From a virus: DNA of 64,000 nt. The DNA is taken from positions 2,373 through 66,372 of IMG/VR virus record IMGVR_UViG_3300047311_000253; one strand, given 5' to 3'. Every line of letters begins with the position of its first letter. Position 1 is the first letter of the stretch. Below the pieces are notes generated by a model. It was not told the DNA's origin, ran no database searches, and saw only the letters and a list, made by a program, of their open reading frames with translations. This document shows, piece by piece, positions 28,735-37,152 of this stretch. A program made the position numbers and the translations under genes.

Positions 28735-28931
28735 TATGCAGCCTCGCTTTTAGATTTCCAGGCCGCCGCAAGTTTCTCAAGCTCCTCCGGTTCTGTTTCG
28801 TTAATAATGTAGGTACGAAGCCACTCCTCGATCATCGGATCGGAAGCGGCCACCATTCTTTCATGAAATGCAGCCTCCGCCACCGCGCGCCGCATCCTAC
28901 CAATCTCGGCGACGGAATATTTTCTGATCAT
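28734..28931 (-). CDS. Hypothetical protein
   Basis: Coupled at both ends. Confidence 0.5.
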   Translation of the reverse strand: MIRKYSVAEIGRMRRAVAEAAFHERMVAASDPMIEEWLRTYIINETEPEELEKLAAAWKSKSEAA

Positions 28932-29161
28932 GGTGCAAAGCTCCCGAACGGCTTTCGCATCATCATCTTCGATCCCGAGGGTGCCTTGGGCCCGACGCGC
29001 TGCGGAAGCTTCTTGACGCTGCCGAGGGGCTGATTCCAGATGAACTCTTTCACCGTGCTTTGCTTCAGCCCGTGTTTGGCCCGAGCCTGCTCGGGATGCG
29101 CGTCAGCCCAATGAAAAAACCGATTTTGCGCTTGGCTTACAACCGGCATGGAATCACCCAA
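28928..29161 (-). CDS. Small basic hypothetical protein
   Basis: MP.VSQAQ.RF...A motif (likely start 29149); ends RKPFGSFAP. Confidence 0.55.
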   Translation of the reverse strand: MGDSMPVVSQAQNRFFHWADAHPEQARAKHGLKQSTVKEFIWNQPLGSVKKLPQRVGPKAPSGSKMMMRKPFGSFAP

Positions 29162-29401
29162 TCACGGTGTAGGTATTTTGCATAATTCCCATTTGCCATC
29201 ACTCCTGCACATCGCGTCGCACCGCACAAGAGTTTGGCGAAAGCGGCATAAATCACCATAGGACTGCTTTAGAGCTTCGCTTGCCCACTCTGGGGGAGGA
29301 AAAAGCCAAAGATTAGCCGCGCCAACCATCAACAGCAGACCGAAAGCGAAAAAAGCAAGTAATACGATACGACGCAGCAGGCGCTTATCCTCTCGCGTCA
29401 T
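29162..29401 (-). CDS. Small membrane protein
   Basis: Single N-terminal hydrophobic helix. Confidence 0.5.
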   Translation of the reverse strand: MTREDKRLLRRIVLLAFFAFGLLLMVGAANLWLFPPPEWASEALKQSYGDLCRFRQTLVRCDAMCRSDGKWELCKIPTP

Positions 29402-29693
29402 GCATCGCTACGCCATTGCGCATCGGCGCAAAGCTGATCTCGATCGTGCGCGGGTGTGGACACATCAAGTTTTCCACCGCCAGGCTTCGGGTCAACTGGT
29501 CCATGTTGCGCTCGCCGATGAACGACTCCGCGGCCTGCTGGCGATGGACATCGCACACGCACACCGTAGACTCCGCATCGACCGGCCACAGCGTGCCCAT
29601 CCGGGTCATGGATACGAATTTGACATACATGCGCCAGCGGGCCTCGCTGTCGCAGCCGTTGTAATGGCACTGGCGGGAGGCGCGGGAGGTCAA
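29385..29693 (-). CDS. Hypothetical Cys/His protein
   Basis: C....C and CDVH motifs. Confidence 0.5.
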   Translation of the reverse strand: MTSRASRQCHYNGCDSEARWRMYVKFVSMTRMGTLWPVDAESTVCVCDVHRQQAAESFIGERNMDQLTRSLAVENLMCPHPRTIEISFAPMRNGVAMHDARG

Positions 29694-30092
29694 GATAATT
29701 CTACCTTAGGTCGCCAATTGGATGATTTTTGAATGTGTTTCATTGCTTGCTTTAGACGGCGAACACCCCGACGCATTAATTGTTAGGATTCAGTTGCACT
29801 AACCCCCATTGCAACACCAATTTCACGAAACGAGGCGTTCTCACATCGCAATAGCATTGCATGCATATGTCTCGCCTCAAAATATATCCTCGTATTGTAC
29901 GCGAATTTATCGGAAGCGCTGGAGGTCATTTGGTGATGTTCCATCCCCAGATGTATGGCGCCAACACCGGCGATATAGGCTTGGCATAACCGGATGCTGC
30001 GCCGTCATTGATTCTGCGAACCGCCTCCGCAAGTCCATCCTCGAATCCCCGCGCATAGGCGGCATCGATTTCTCGTTCTTCGATCTCACGAC

Positions 30093-31334
30093 TCATGGTG
30101 CCCAACTCCCGAACGCCTTGCGCTTCGATATGAACCGCTGCGACGCCTTCACATGCTTGTCACGCTCGGCAGCGGTGATGTGGCCCACGGCATGCAGTGC
30201 CTTGGCTCCGGCGATAGCGCGGCCATGGGAGAGGGCCTCGGTATTCATGGCCCCCGCCGCTGTTGAAGGCGGGGGCCGCTCGTCAGAGGAATTGTTCGAT
30301 TGGTGACGCCGGTCGGCGTATACAGGTGGCCTCACCTCTCTTTCGGACTCCGCAGCTTCCATTGCCTTGGATTCGTAGCGCGTACACCAGCCTGCCGGAT
30401 ATATCGGCGGTTCAACGATCATGCAGTTGTTTTTCGCAACGTAGTGCCCACAGGTCGCACACTTATCGCCACCGGGCTTTGCCATGCCGTATTTGACTTG
30501 CGTATGGGAAAGCTTGGGCGCCTCGGGCATTTCAGAGGGGTTCTGCATGTTTGGCCCATTCTTGCCAGCCGGGGAGGGCGGTATCGCTGCCCGGCTTTCG
30601 GCGGAAGTAGAGGCCGAGGGCTGGGCGGGCAAATTCTTCGCGGGCGTCTTGACTATAGGTGCCGACAACTCCCCTTGTGAGTTCGCTGACTTTGCGGAGC
30701 CGTCGGCTGATGTCGCGGAGCCGTTCGCTGTAGTCGTTTTCGGTTCCCATTGCTCCACATCCCCTATCGCCAGTTCCTTGATCCCGCCCGGCGGATCGCC
30801 CTTGTCCAAAAACGTATCGAGGTCAATCGATAAATCTTCCGGCCGTCCCGCCTTTTCCCATGCCTCATAAAGCCGTTCGTCGCGGTGATGAGTGACGATC
30901 ACCAGCACCCTGCCGTGATTGGCCTCGATGGCGTCGGCGAGGCCAGCAAACGCCCGCTGCTTGAACTCGTTGAATGACTCGCCCTCGGGCACTGCTTCGT
31001 CCGGCTTGTTGCGGACATAATCCGCGATTTTAGGCAGCGCCTCTTTTGTAGATTTGCCGGCGAACACCCCAAGGTTCCAAGGCCGCAGCCCCCTCGACAC
31101 CGCTGGCTTCACACCCAGAATCTTGCCTATGATTTTCGCCGTCTCCTGGGCGCGCGAGAGGTCAGAAGTGACGATGGCTTGCACCCCCTTGGCTTTGAGC
31201 TTGATCCCCGCCGCCTTGGCTTCTTTGCGGCCCTCCTCGACGAGCGGCACATCACGCCAACCGCGGATGCGATCCTGTGACAAATCGTTCTTATTATTGA
31301 GCTTGGTGGCGCCGTGACGGAGGATGTAGATCAC
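30093..31334 (-). CDS. Histidine phosphatase fused to a HiPIP-like Cys4 domain
   Basis: LRHG, SDLSRAQETA, PEGES, VTH; later CATC...C.IV...I...GWC; GTG start overlaps the terL stop. Confidence 0.8.
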   Translation of the reverse strand: MIYILRHGATKLNNKNDLSQDRIRGWRDVPLVEEGRKEAKAAGIKLKAKGVQAIVTSDLSRAQETAKIIGKILGVKPAVSRGLRPWNLGVFAGKSTKEALPKIADYVRNKPDEAVPEGESFNEFKQRAFAGLADAIEANHGRVLVIVTHHRDERLYEAWEKAGRPEDLSIDLDTFLDKGDPPGGIKELAIGDVEQWEPKTTTANGSATSADGSAKSANSQGELSAPIVKTPAKNLPAQPSASTSAESRAAIPPSPAGKNGPNMQNPSEMPEAPKLSHTQVKYGMAKPGGDKCATCGHYVAKNNCMIVEPPIYPAGWCTRYESKAMEAAESEREVRPPVYADRRHQSNNSSDERPPPSTAAGAMNTEALSHGRAIAGAKALHAVGHITAAERDKHVKASQRFISKRKAFGSWAP

Positions 31335-32665
31335 GCCGCCCATGAACTACCTCCCTCGCTATTCACCCGGCGGCGCTCCGGCCGCGGGGCCAGGGTGCCG
31401 GGATCATCAAACCCCGCCGCAAAGGTGCGCAGCGCGTCGGAGGCATGATTTGTCCAATCGCGATATTCGCTGGATTTCCAATCCTGCAACTTGTCGTCCC
31501 ATTGCCGGCGGTACTGGCGCAAGGCGTCGAGGCCACGCTTGCCACGGTTCGGATCGATCCAGGTGCGCCCGAGCATCCTGCGCACTACGTTGATGCCTTC
31601 GAGCACGTCATGAGCGGGAACGATCTGCCCGTCGACGCCCCTCGATCGCATCATCTCGATCCGCGACTTGTCGGAATCGAGCATGTGAACGCCCATATCG
31701 TGGGGAAAGAAGTGCTCCCCGTAGGTCCAGCCGTGCTCGCGTTTCTTGTCTTGGAGCACGTCAACGTAGGCCGTCAGAATCTTTCCCGAGCCCTCGTAAT
31801 AATCGACCAGGCGGCGCTGGTGGCCGACGCATTGAATGAACCAGATCGCCGTGGAGTCGGTATAGCCCAGGTCCCAGCCGGTATTGACCCGCACGTCCTT
31901 GACGATTTCCAGCGGGCAGATGCGGCCTTCCGCTTCCATGGTCCGCATTTCGTCCGCATAGAAGGCACCCTTGATGGCGACGTTCGGGTCACACTCCATT
32001 TCCTGGCGGTAGCCGTCCGGCCCCATGCTGGCACGCATTTCGTCGAGTTCGGTCTGGGGCAGGATGCCGCTTTCACTCGCTTTCAACATCATCGTATACC
32101 AGTCGGGATGATTTACCGCGCCAGGCCAGCCCATATCCTCGTCGCCGGCCCACAATTTCCAGAATGCGTTATTGCCTTTGATTGTACCGATGAATGTTGC
32201 CCAACCCATACGATCGGCCAGCATTGGGCGGATGACATCGTACCAGACGCTCGGAACCATGTCGCCGTATTCGTCGAACACGACACCATCGAGGTAGAGG
32301 CCACGCAGGCGATCGGGGTTGTCTGCACCATAAAGCCTGATCCTCGCGCCATTGAACAGCAGCACGCTCAGTTCAGACTCACGGGGCGGCTCTGCCAGGA
32401 TCGGGCGCGCGTAGGTTTTGAGGTAGTTCCAGGCGATGTCCTTGGCCTGACTGTAGAAGGGCGCGATGAAGGCATAACGGCCATCAGGCTTTCGCTCGGA
32501 TGCGGCCCGACCGATCAGGTCATTGATGGCGCAGACGGTCTTTCCAGCGCGGCGATGGCATATGCTGCACGCCCAGCGCTGGGGGCGCCGATGGAAGGCA
32601 AGGAACTGACGCCGCGCCACGTAAGCGATGTCGATCGTGGATGGCGGCTTGACGAGCACATTCAA
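31331..32665 (-). CDS. terL: Terminase large subunit
   Basis: Walker A HRRAGKT, Walker B VVFDEY, nuclease GWDLG..D and H..DA.R. Confidence 0.92.
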   Translation of the reverse strand: MNVLVKPPSTIDIAYVARRQFLAFHRRPQRWACSICHRRAGKTVCAINDLIGRAASERKPDGRYAFIAPFYSQAKDIAWNYLKTYARPILAEPPRESELSVLLFNGARIRLYGADNPDRLRGLYLDGVVFDEYGDMVPSVWYDVIRPMLADRMGWATFIGTIKGNNAFWKLWAGDEDMGWPGAVNHPDWYTMMLKASESGILPQTELDEMRASMGPDGYRQEMECDPNVAIKGAFYADEMRTMEAEGRICPLEIVKDVRVNTGWDLGYTDSTAIWFIQCVGHQRRLVDYYEGSGKILTAYVDVLQDKKREHGWTYGEHFFPHDMGVHMLDSDKSRIEMMRSRGVDGQIVPAHDVLEGINVVRRMLGRTWIDPNRGKRGLDALRQYRRQWDDKLQDWKSSEYRDWTNHASDALRTFAAGFDDPGTLAPRPERRRVNSEGGSSWAA

Positions 32666-32704
32666 GAATCACCGATTTGTAACATTTCGTGATGAGAGGC
32701 TATC

Positions 32705-32733
32705 TTGACCTATCCTCCCCTATAGGCTATATT
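32705..32733 (+). promoter_or_regulatory. Sigma70-type promoter of an antisense two-gene moron
   Basis: TTGACC-17-TATATT overlapped by inverted repeat TAGGC...GCCTA. Confidence 0.6.
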
Positions 32734-32876
32734 GGCCTACATCAGATGGGGGCGGGACATGATCAGCGCCCTGGCCGCTCAGGCATGGACTTGCTGCAAT
32801 GCAGATTCCTACCAAATGGCACGCTCTTACCTAGCACTCGCCTGAAACTTCCACCCGCTGCGAATAGGAGACGGAA

Positions 32877-33080
32877 ATGACCCTCAAACAACTCGTAAAG
32901 CTGATTCAAGAAACCCCCGCCCGCAGTCAAGAGCGCACCCGACTAGAAGCCCTTGTTGTCGCAGCTGCCCGCGATGGTGGGGCGGTGTATTACTCAGATG
33001 TCGGTCCTACCGGCGCTTGGAATGTATTTGGCGATTGCTATGACTATGCAGAAGCCCACCCCGATCAAGAGGTTGGCTGA
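32877..33080 (+). CDS. Hypothetical protein (moron)
   Basis: AGGAG RBS; coupled to the HTH gene. Confidence 0.55.
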   Translation: MTLKQLVKLIQETPARSQERTRLEALVVAAARDGGAVYYSDVGPTGAWNVFGDCYDYAEAHPDQEVG

Positions 33081-33271
33081 TGACTCCCTCCCAATACCGC
33101 CAAGCCATTGCCCGCCTCGGCCTCACTCAGGTCGCGGCGGGCGAGTTCCTAATCGGCAATCCGCGAACCTCGCGGCGCTGGGCTTTAGGTGAGAGCCCGG
33201 TGCCGCGATCTGTCGCGCTATTGCTGCGGCTGATGATCGAGCACGATATCAAACCGGAAGATGTGACCTAA
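33080..33271 (+). CDS. Small HTH DNA-binding protein
   Basis: MTP..YR.A...LGLTQ..A...L....RT.RRW..G..PVP..VA.LL. Confidence 0.75.
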   Translation: MTPSQYRQAIARLGLTQVAAGEFLIGNPRTSRRWALGESPVPRSVALLLRLMIEHDIKPEDVT

Positions 33272-33286
33272 AAAAGCATGCTTTTT

Positions 33287-33829
33287 TCACGACCCATCCG
33301 CCGGAGGCCAATTGACGACCATGTGCTCGTGCCTGTGCTCTGCCGGGCCGTCGCCTTGGGCGTTGGTCGGGGCGAGCTTGGTGGGCGCATCCCCGCCGAG
33401 CATCTTGCGGAGTTCGATATGGGCGTCGAGCCGGGAGACAAGCTTCAGGTTTGGCTTGCCCTTTTCGGTGAACATCAGCCCCTCAATCAAGGTGCGGTCT
33501 TCGGGGTCGATCTGGTCCCATTCCTTCAACCGGGAACCGTCCCAAAAGATCATGGGATCGTAGCGCAGCACGCGCCACAGCCAGGCTTCGAGCGCAAGCC
33601 GCTTGGCCTTGATGGTTTCTTCGGGCTGGCCCGTCAGGTATTCAATCCGCTCCCGGACATCGCGGCGCCGCTCTACTTTCGTGATGGCACCGCTTTTATC
33701 GGCATATCCGGCGATCCGGGCCGCCTCTACGGCGGTGTGCATTTCGGCGCGCGCGCGGGCATACCGCTCATGCGAGGCAATCCGCAGCGGTTTACAACCA
33801 GGAGTCTCTACAACCTCGCACAAAGACAA
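33287..33829 (-). CDS. Putative terminase small subunit
   Basis: HERYA...A...AA..AGY HTH-like N-terminus, L.K.LG near the C-terminus; upstream of terL. Confidence 0.65.
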   Translation of the reverse strand: MSLCEVVETPGCKPLRIASHERYARARAEMHTAVEAARIAGYADKSGAITKVERRRDVRERIEYLTGQPEETIKAKRLALEAWLWRVLRYDPMIFWDGSRLKEWDQIDPEDRTLIEGLMFTEKGKPNLKLVSRLDAHIELRKMLGGDAPTKLAPTNAQGDGPAEHRHEHMVVNWPPADGS

Positions 33830-33905
33830 TGGAATGATTCCCGAAGATTCCCAATTGCGGCAACTTGGTGCGCCCCCGACCGGGCCATCACATCCGATCG
33901 CTTAA

Positions 33906-34065
33906 TGGCGGAGGCAGGGATTCACACCCCGCCGGTGCGCAAAATGATGAGGGTTCCTTCCCGTAGGTGTCACCCACAACCAGCGTCTTCGGTGCGCCCC
34001 GAAGCAAGCCTACTAACGGCAACAGCCGCGTTCGCCAGGCATCGGTGGAATCCTTCTCAGCCCCC
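33906..34065 (-). ncRNA. Degenerate tmRNA-like RNA (tRNA-like domain only)
   Basis: 5' GGGGGCUGAGAAGGAUUCCAC; 3' GGGGUGUGAAUCCCUGCCUCCGCCA; G3.U70-type pair; helix CGAUGC/GCACCG. Confidence 0.4.
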
Positions 34066-34227
34066 GAGGCCAATTGTGGCCTTCCAAGGGCCCAGCGATC
34101 GTGATCATGACCGCGGCGCATTTTGACCGACCCAATGGCACGGAACAAGAATGCGCTGGTTCCCTCTCTACGCCTATTTGGACGGATTGCAAGGGGCTTT
34201 AGGCGGCTGTTGTCAACAGAAGACGGC

Positions 34228-34938
34228 TCAAATGAACGATTCTTGCTTCGCAGGCTTGGGCCGCTCGATGAAAAGGTCGGGTGCGTCGAGCGCGGCCTGG
34301 ATGCGGCGGCAGGCGATGTCGAAATACTTCGGCTCGATCTCGATCCCGATAAAACGCCTCCCCAGCTTCACGGCGGCGACGCCTGTGGTGCCGGAGCCCA
34401 TGAAGGGGTCGAGGATGGTGCGGGCATCGCCCCTCAATTGCCTGATGCAGAACCGCATGACCTCAATCGGCTTCTGCATTATGTGGTGCCGTGGCTCGCC
34501 CTTCTCGCCGTCCTGCCTGACACCCTTCCATAGATAGTTGATGATCTTCGCCGCGCCCGGCTCACTGTGCCAAGCAAACTCGACATCCGAGAATGTATCC
34601 TCGAAAGACCACATCGCGCGTTTGTCCCACGCGAGCCAGCGGCCAGAGTCAGGCAACCGCGTATGGTAGTGATCCGCGCCCCACATGATGACCTCGCCCA
34701 GCCCACAGAATGGCGCCGGATCAAAAGGCTCGTCATCGCCTTCAATCGGATTGATATGTCGCGAGGCGCACAAGCGCCGCCCCGTGACGCGCAGACCACT
34801 CTCGCCTTTCGAAAAACCAATCCCATACGGCGGATCAGTGACCACTGCATCGACATTCCCCAATGTCGGCAGCACTTCCCGACAATCCCCACAGACCAGT
34901 CGAACGGACTCCGAGAGGTGTTCTTCGCGGACGCTCAT
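34228..34938 (-). CDS. DNA N6-adenine/N4-cytosine methyltransferase
   Basis: VTDPPY, H..QKP, DPFMGSGTT, IGIEI. Confidence 0.9.
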   Translation of the reverse strand: MSVREEHLSESVRLVCGDCREVLPTLGNVDAVVTDPPYGIGFSKGESGLRVTGRRLCASRHINPIEGDDEPFDPAPFCGLGEVIMWGADHYHTRLPDSGRWLAWDKRAMWSFEDTFSDVEFAWHSEPGAAKIINYLWKGVRQDGEKGEPRHHIMQKPIEVMRFCIRQLRGDARTILDPFMGSGTTGVAAVKLGRRFIGIEIEPKYFDIACRRIQAALDAPDLFIERPKPAKQESFI

Positions 34939-35429
34939 GCGTTGACCATCTCCAAACTATCCACCGATATCGTCATTTTGTGAACGAAATCGATCAGAAG
35001 GCTGACGCGCTTCTTCACTTTCGCGCTGCGCACCTTGGCGATCAGGCCGGCATAAGGGCCGCCTATGATGCGAACGGTGTCGCCTTCGTGAAATACGGCA
35101 TCGGCCCGATCGAAGACGCCACAACCTTCGGCGCGCTGAAAGGCGTCAATGAGAACCATGGGAATCCGAGACACCTTGCCGCGACCGCACCGCAGGACAG
35201 TCTCGACACCATCGATTTCCAACAGGCGATCGATGCGCCCGGCATCGCACTCGGCGAACACGTAGCGTTCGAACAACGGCCGGATAATCACATAGCGATC
35301 CCCGTTTCTTTGGGCTACCCGCGTACGCACCCATGGACAGAATACAGGGATTCTTGCAGCCTTGATGCCCAGCTCGGCGCGACCTTCGGCCTGCGGTTTG
35401 GTGTAGACGCCAAGCCAATAGTCGGTCAT
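34935..35429 (-). CDS. NusG-family transcription antiterminator
   Basis: W..VYT.P..E, PLF..YVF (NGN domain) and GDTVRIIGGP (KOW domain). Confidence 0.85.
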   Translation of the reverse strand: MTDYWLGVYTKPQAEGRAELGIKAARIPVFCPWVRTRVAQRNGDRYVIIRPLFERYVFAECDAGRIDRLLEIDGVETVLRCGRGKVSRIPMVLIDAFQRAEGCGVFDRADAVFHEGDTVRIIGGPYAGLIAKVRSAKVKKRVSLLIDFVHKMTISVDSLEMVNA

Positions 35430-35623
35430 TTGGTTGAGCCTCCCGCTCGTGTTTCCAATTGTGACCGTGCTGTCTCAAAATCGGTAGGGCGGGCTAGACC
35501 CTGCCAACCATCCAGTTCACGCGTTCCCTTGCCAAAACATGCTTGGAGTTGCCACAAGCGATCGGGGAAAGAGCAAATCCTGAATTTCTCGTGGTCCTTG
35601 TGATAGATCGGCTTACGTTGCAT
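35426..35623 (-). CDS. Hypothetical protein
   Basis: Coupled to the NusG-like gene. Confidence 0.5.
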   Translation of the reverse strand: MQRKPIYHKDHEKFRICSFPDRLWQLQACFGKGTRELDGWQGLARPTDFETARSQLETRAGGSTK

Positions 35624-35627
35624 GAAA

Positions 35628-36461
35628 TCAAATCCCTCGTGCGAGTTCCGCTTCGTCGGCTTCCGTCATCAGGGAACTGAGCGGGGGGCCTGTGGATTTG
35701 GGTGGGAACAGCGTTCGAAACTCCCAGCCGCGACGGGGCTTGCCGTCAACGAGGATGATCCCAACCAGCGTGCGCGGATGTCCTGCACGGACATGCGCTT
35801 CCCAGGCTTTGGTGCCTTCGATGACGGGAACGCGCCTGTTTGTCGATCTTGCTTCCTCGGCTACTTGATGACGTTCAAAGGCTGCTTGCCGTGCTTTGGG
35901 ATCGAAACCGGGAGGCGCCAGCGCTTGTGGAGGCGAGACGACGGCGACGGGGCGCGGCTCTGAGCGCGCCTCCGGCGACGGCTCCTTGCGCCCTTCAACA
36001 GGGAAAGACTCCTGATGGTTAGAATAGTGATGGTTAGTCTGCACGCTGCTTGCAGATATCCCGTCTGCAATGTCTGCACCACGTTCACAGTCTAACGGTT
36101 GTGTGATGTCGCTATCACTATCCTCAATGTGTGAATCTGGTGCAGATTGATCGTCATCCTTTTTGTTGAAAACCCACGGGTCTTTCGAGCGGTCAAAGCG
36201 TATCCAATAATTGTTTGAGCGCGCCTGTCCGGCTTTGTGGCGGCCCGATTCGATATCGATATAACCGTTGCGTTTGAGGGCGCCCAGATAGGTATGGACC
36301 GACCTCGAAGAGATGTGCGCCTCTTTGGCGATGGTGGCAACGCTCGGCCATGCGTGGCCGGTTTTGGTGTCTGCGTGGTTCGCAAGAGAGATCAGCACGA
36401 GCCTAGCGAAGCCGGGCACGTTCTCGTCTTCCAGAACCCAGGCGACGGCTTGGATGCTCAT
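35628..36461 (-). CDS. Replication initiator with N-terminal winged HTH
   Basis: MSIQA..W, LVLI.LAN.AD, WPS..TIA, SN.Y; internal TCTGCA/TGCAGA repeats (~36038-36146) may be origin iterons. Confidence 0.75.
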   Translation of the reverse strand: MSIQAVAWVLEDENVPGFARLVLISLANHADTKTGHAWPSVATIAKEAHISSRSVHTYLGALKRNGYIDIESGRHKAGQARSNNYWIRFDRSKDPWVFNKKDDDQSAPDSHIEDSDSDITQPLDCERGADIADGISASSVQTNHHYSNHQESFPVEGRKEPSPEARSEPRPVAVVSPPQALAPPGFDPKARQAAFERHQVAEEARSTNRRVPVIEGTKAWEAHVRAGHPRTLVGIILVDGKPRRGWEFRTLFPPKSTGPPLSSLMTEADEAELARGI

Positions 36462-36691
36462 TGAGGCACAGCCATTGATTCAAATGTCGGAGTTTCATTT
36501 GATGCAAAAACAACGTCGCCCCAGCCAACAAAAATAATACTCCGGCACTTCCATCCCTTCTTGGGCTGGAGGTCTTGCAAAATTTCCATCTCCTTAATTG
36601 CCGACTCTTTTGAGTTCAAAACACCGAATGGGAATAATTCGCCATCCTCGACGTAGTATATAAACCAACCGTTTGTGGCATGTCTTAACAT
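36458..36691 (-). CDS. AT-rich hypothetical protein
   Basis: ATGA-coupled to the replication gene. Confidence 0.45.
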   Translation of the reverse strand: MLRHATNGWFIYYVEDGELFPFGVLNSKESAIKEMEILQDLQPKKGWKCRSIIFVGWGDVVFASNETPTFESMAVPQ

Positions 36692-36870
36692 GGCTACTCT
36701 GCCTTAGATTGTTGCCTTGATGAATTCTGTGGCCATTGCCGCTCGTGCCTTATTCCAGTCCACCACGATGTATCGCCCATTCACCCACGGGCCTGGAGGA
36801 TCGATGGCGGTACGGTCGTAGAGTTCGTAGAGTTTATTGATGCGGCAGAGGGGGCAGAGGCAGCGGGAGG

Positions 36871-37152
36871 TCATGTCCGCCTATCCAGTGCCGACCTGCC
36901 GGGAAGCGGATCGCCCGACAGGACCGCATTGAGATCGCGCGGGGCTGCGATGGCGCGATCGCGTTCGGCGAGGACATGATCCGGAGGCGCTCGCGAATAG
37001 GCTGGGGCGAACACTCCGGATGCACGCATGGCAGCGGTGGTCTCTTTATCTTTGAGACGCCGCACATGTTCGCGCTCTTTGCGTCGGGCGATGGCTTCCG
37101 GGCTGCGGGTTCGGCCAATGGCGCAGTGGGCGCCCCATGGGAGTTTTGTCAT
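36871..37152 (-). CDS. Hypothetical phage protein
   Basis: Coupled; GDP.PGRSALD motif. Confidence 0.6.
   Translation of the reverse strand: MTKLPWGAHCAIGRTRSPEAIARRKEREHVRRLKDKETTAAMRASGVFAPAYSRAPPDHVLAERDRAIAAPRDLNAVLSGDPLPGRSALDRRT

Noticed and set aside
31445-32692. 415-aa plus-strand ORF
   Set aside because: Antisense shadow of terL, expected with GC-rich codon bias; no motifs
33866-33900. tRNA gene ending GGGGGCGCACCA
   Set aside because: No T loop, anticodon arm or convincing 5' acceptor strand
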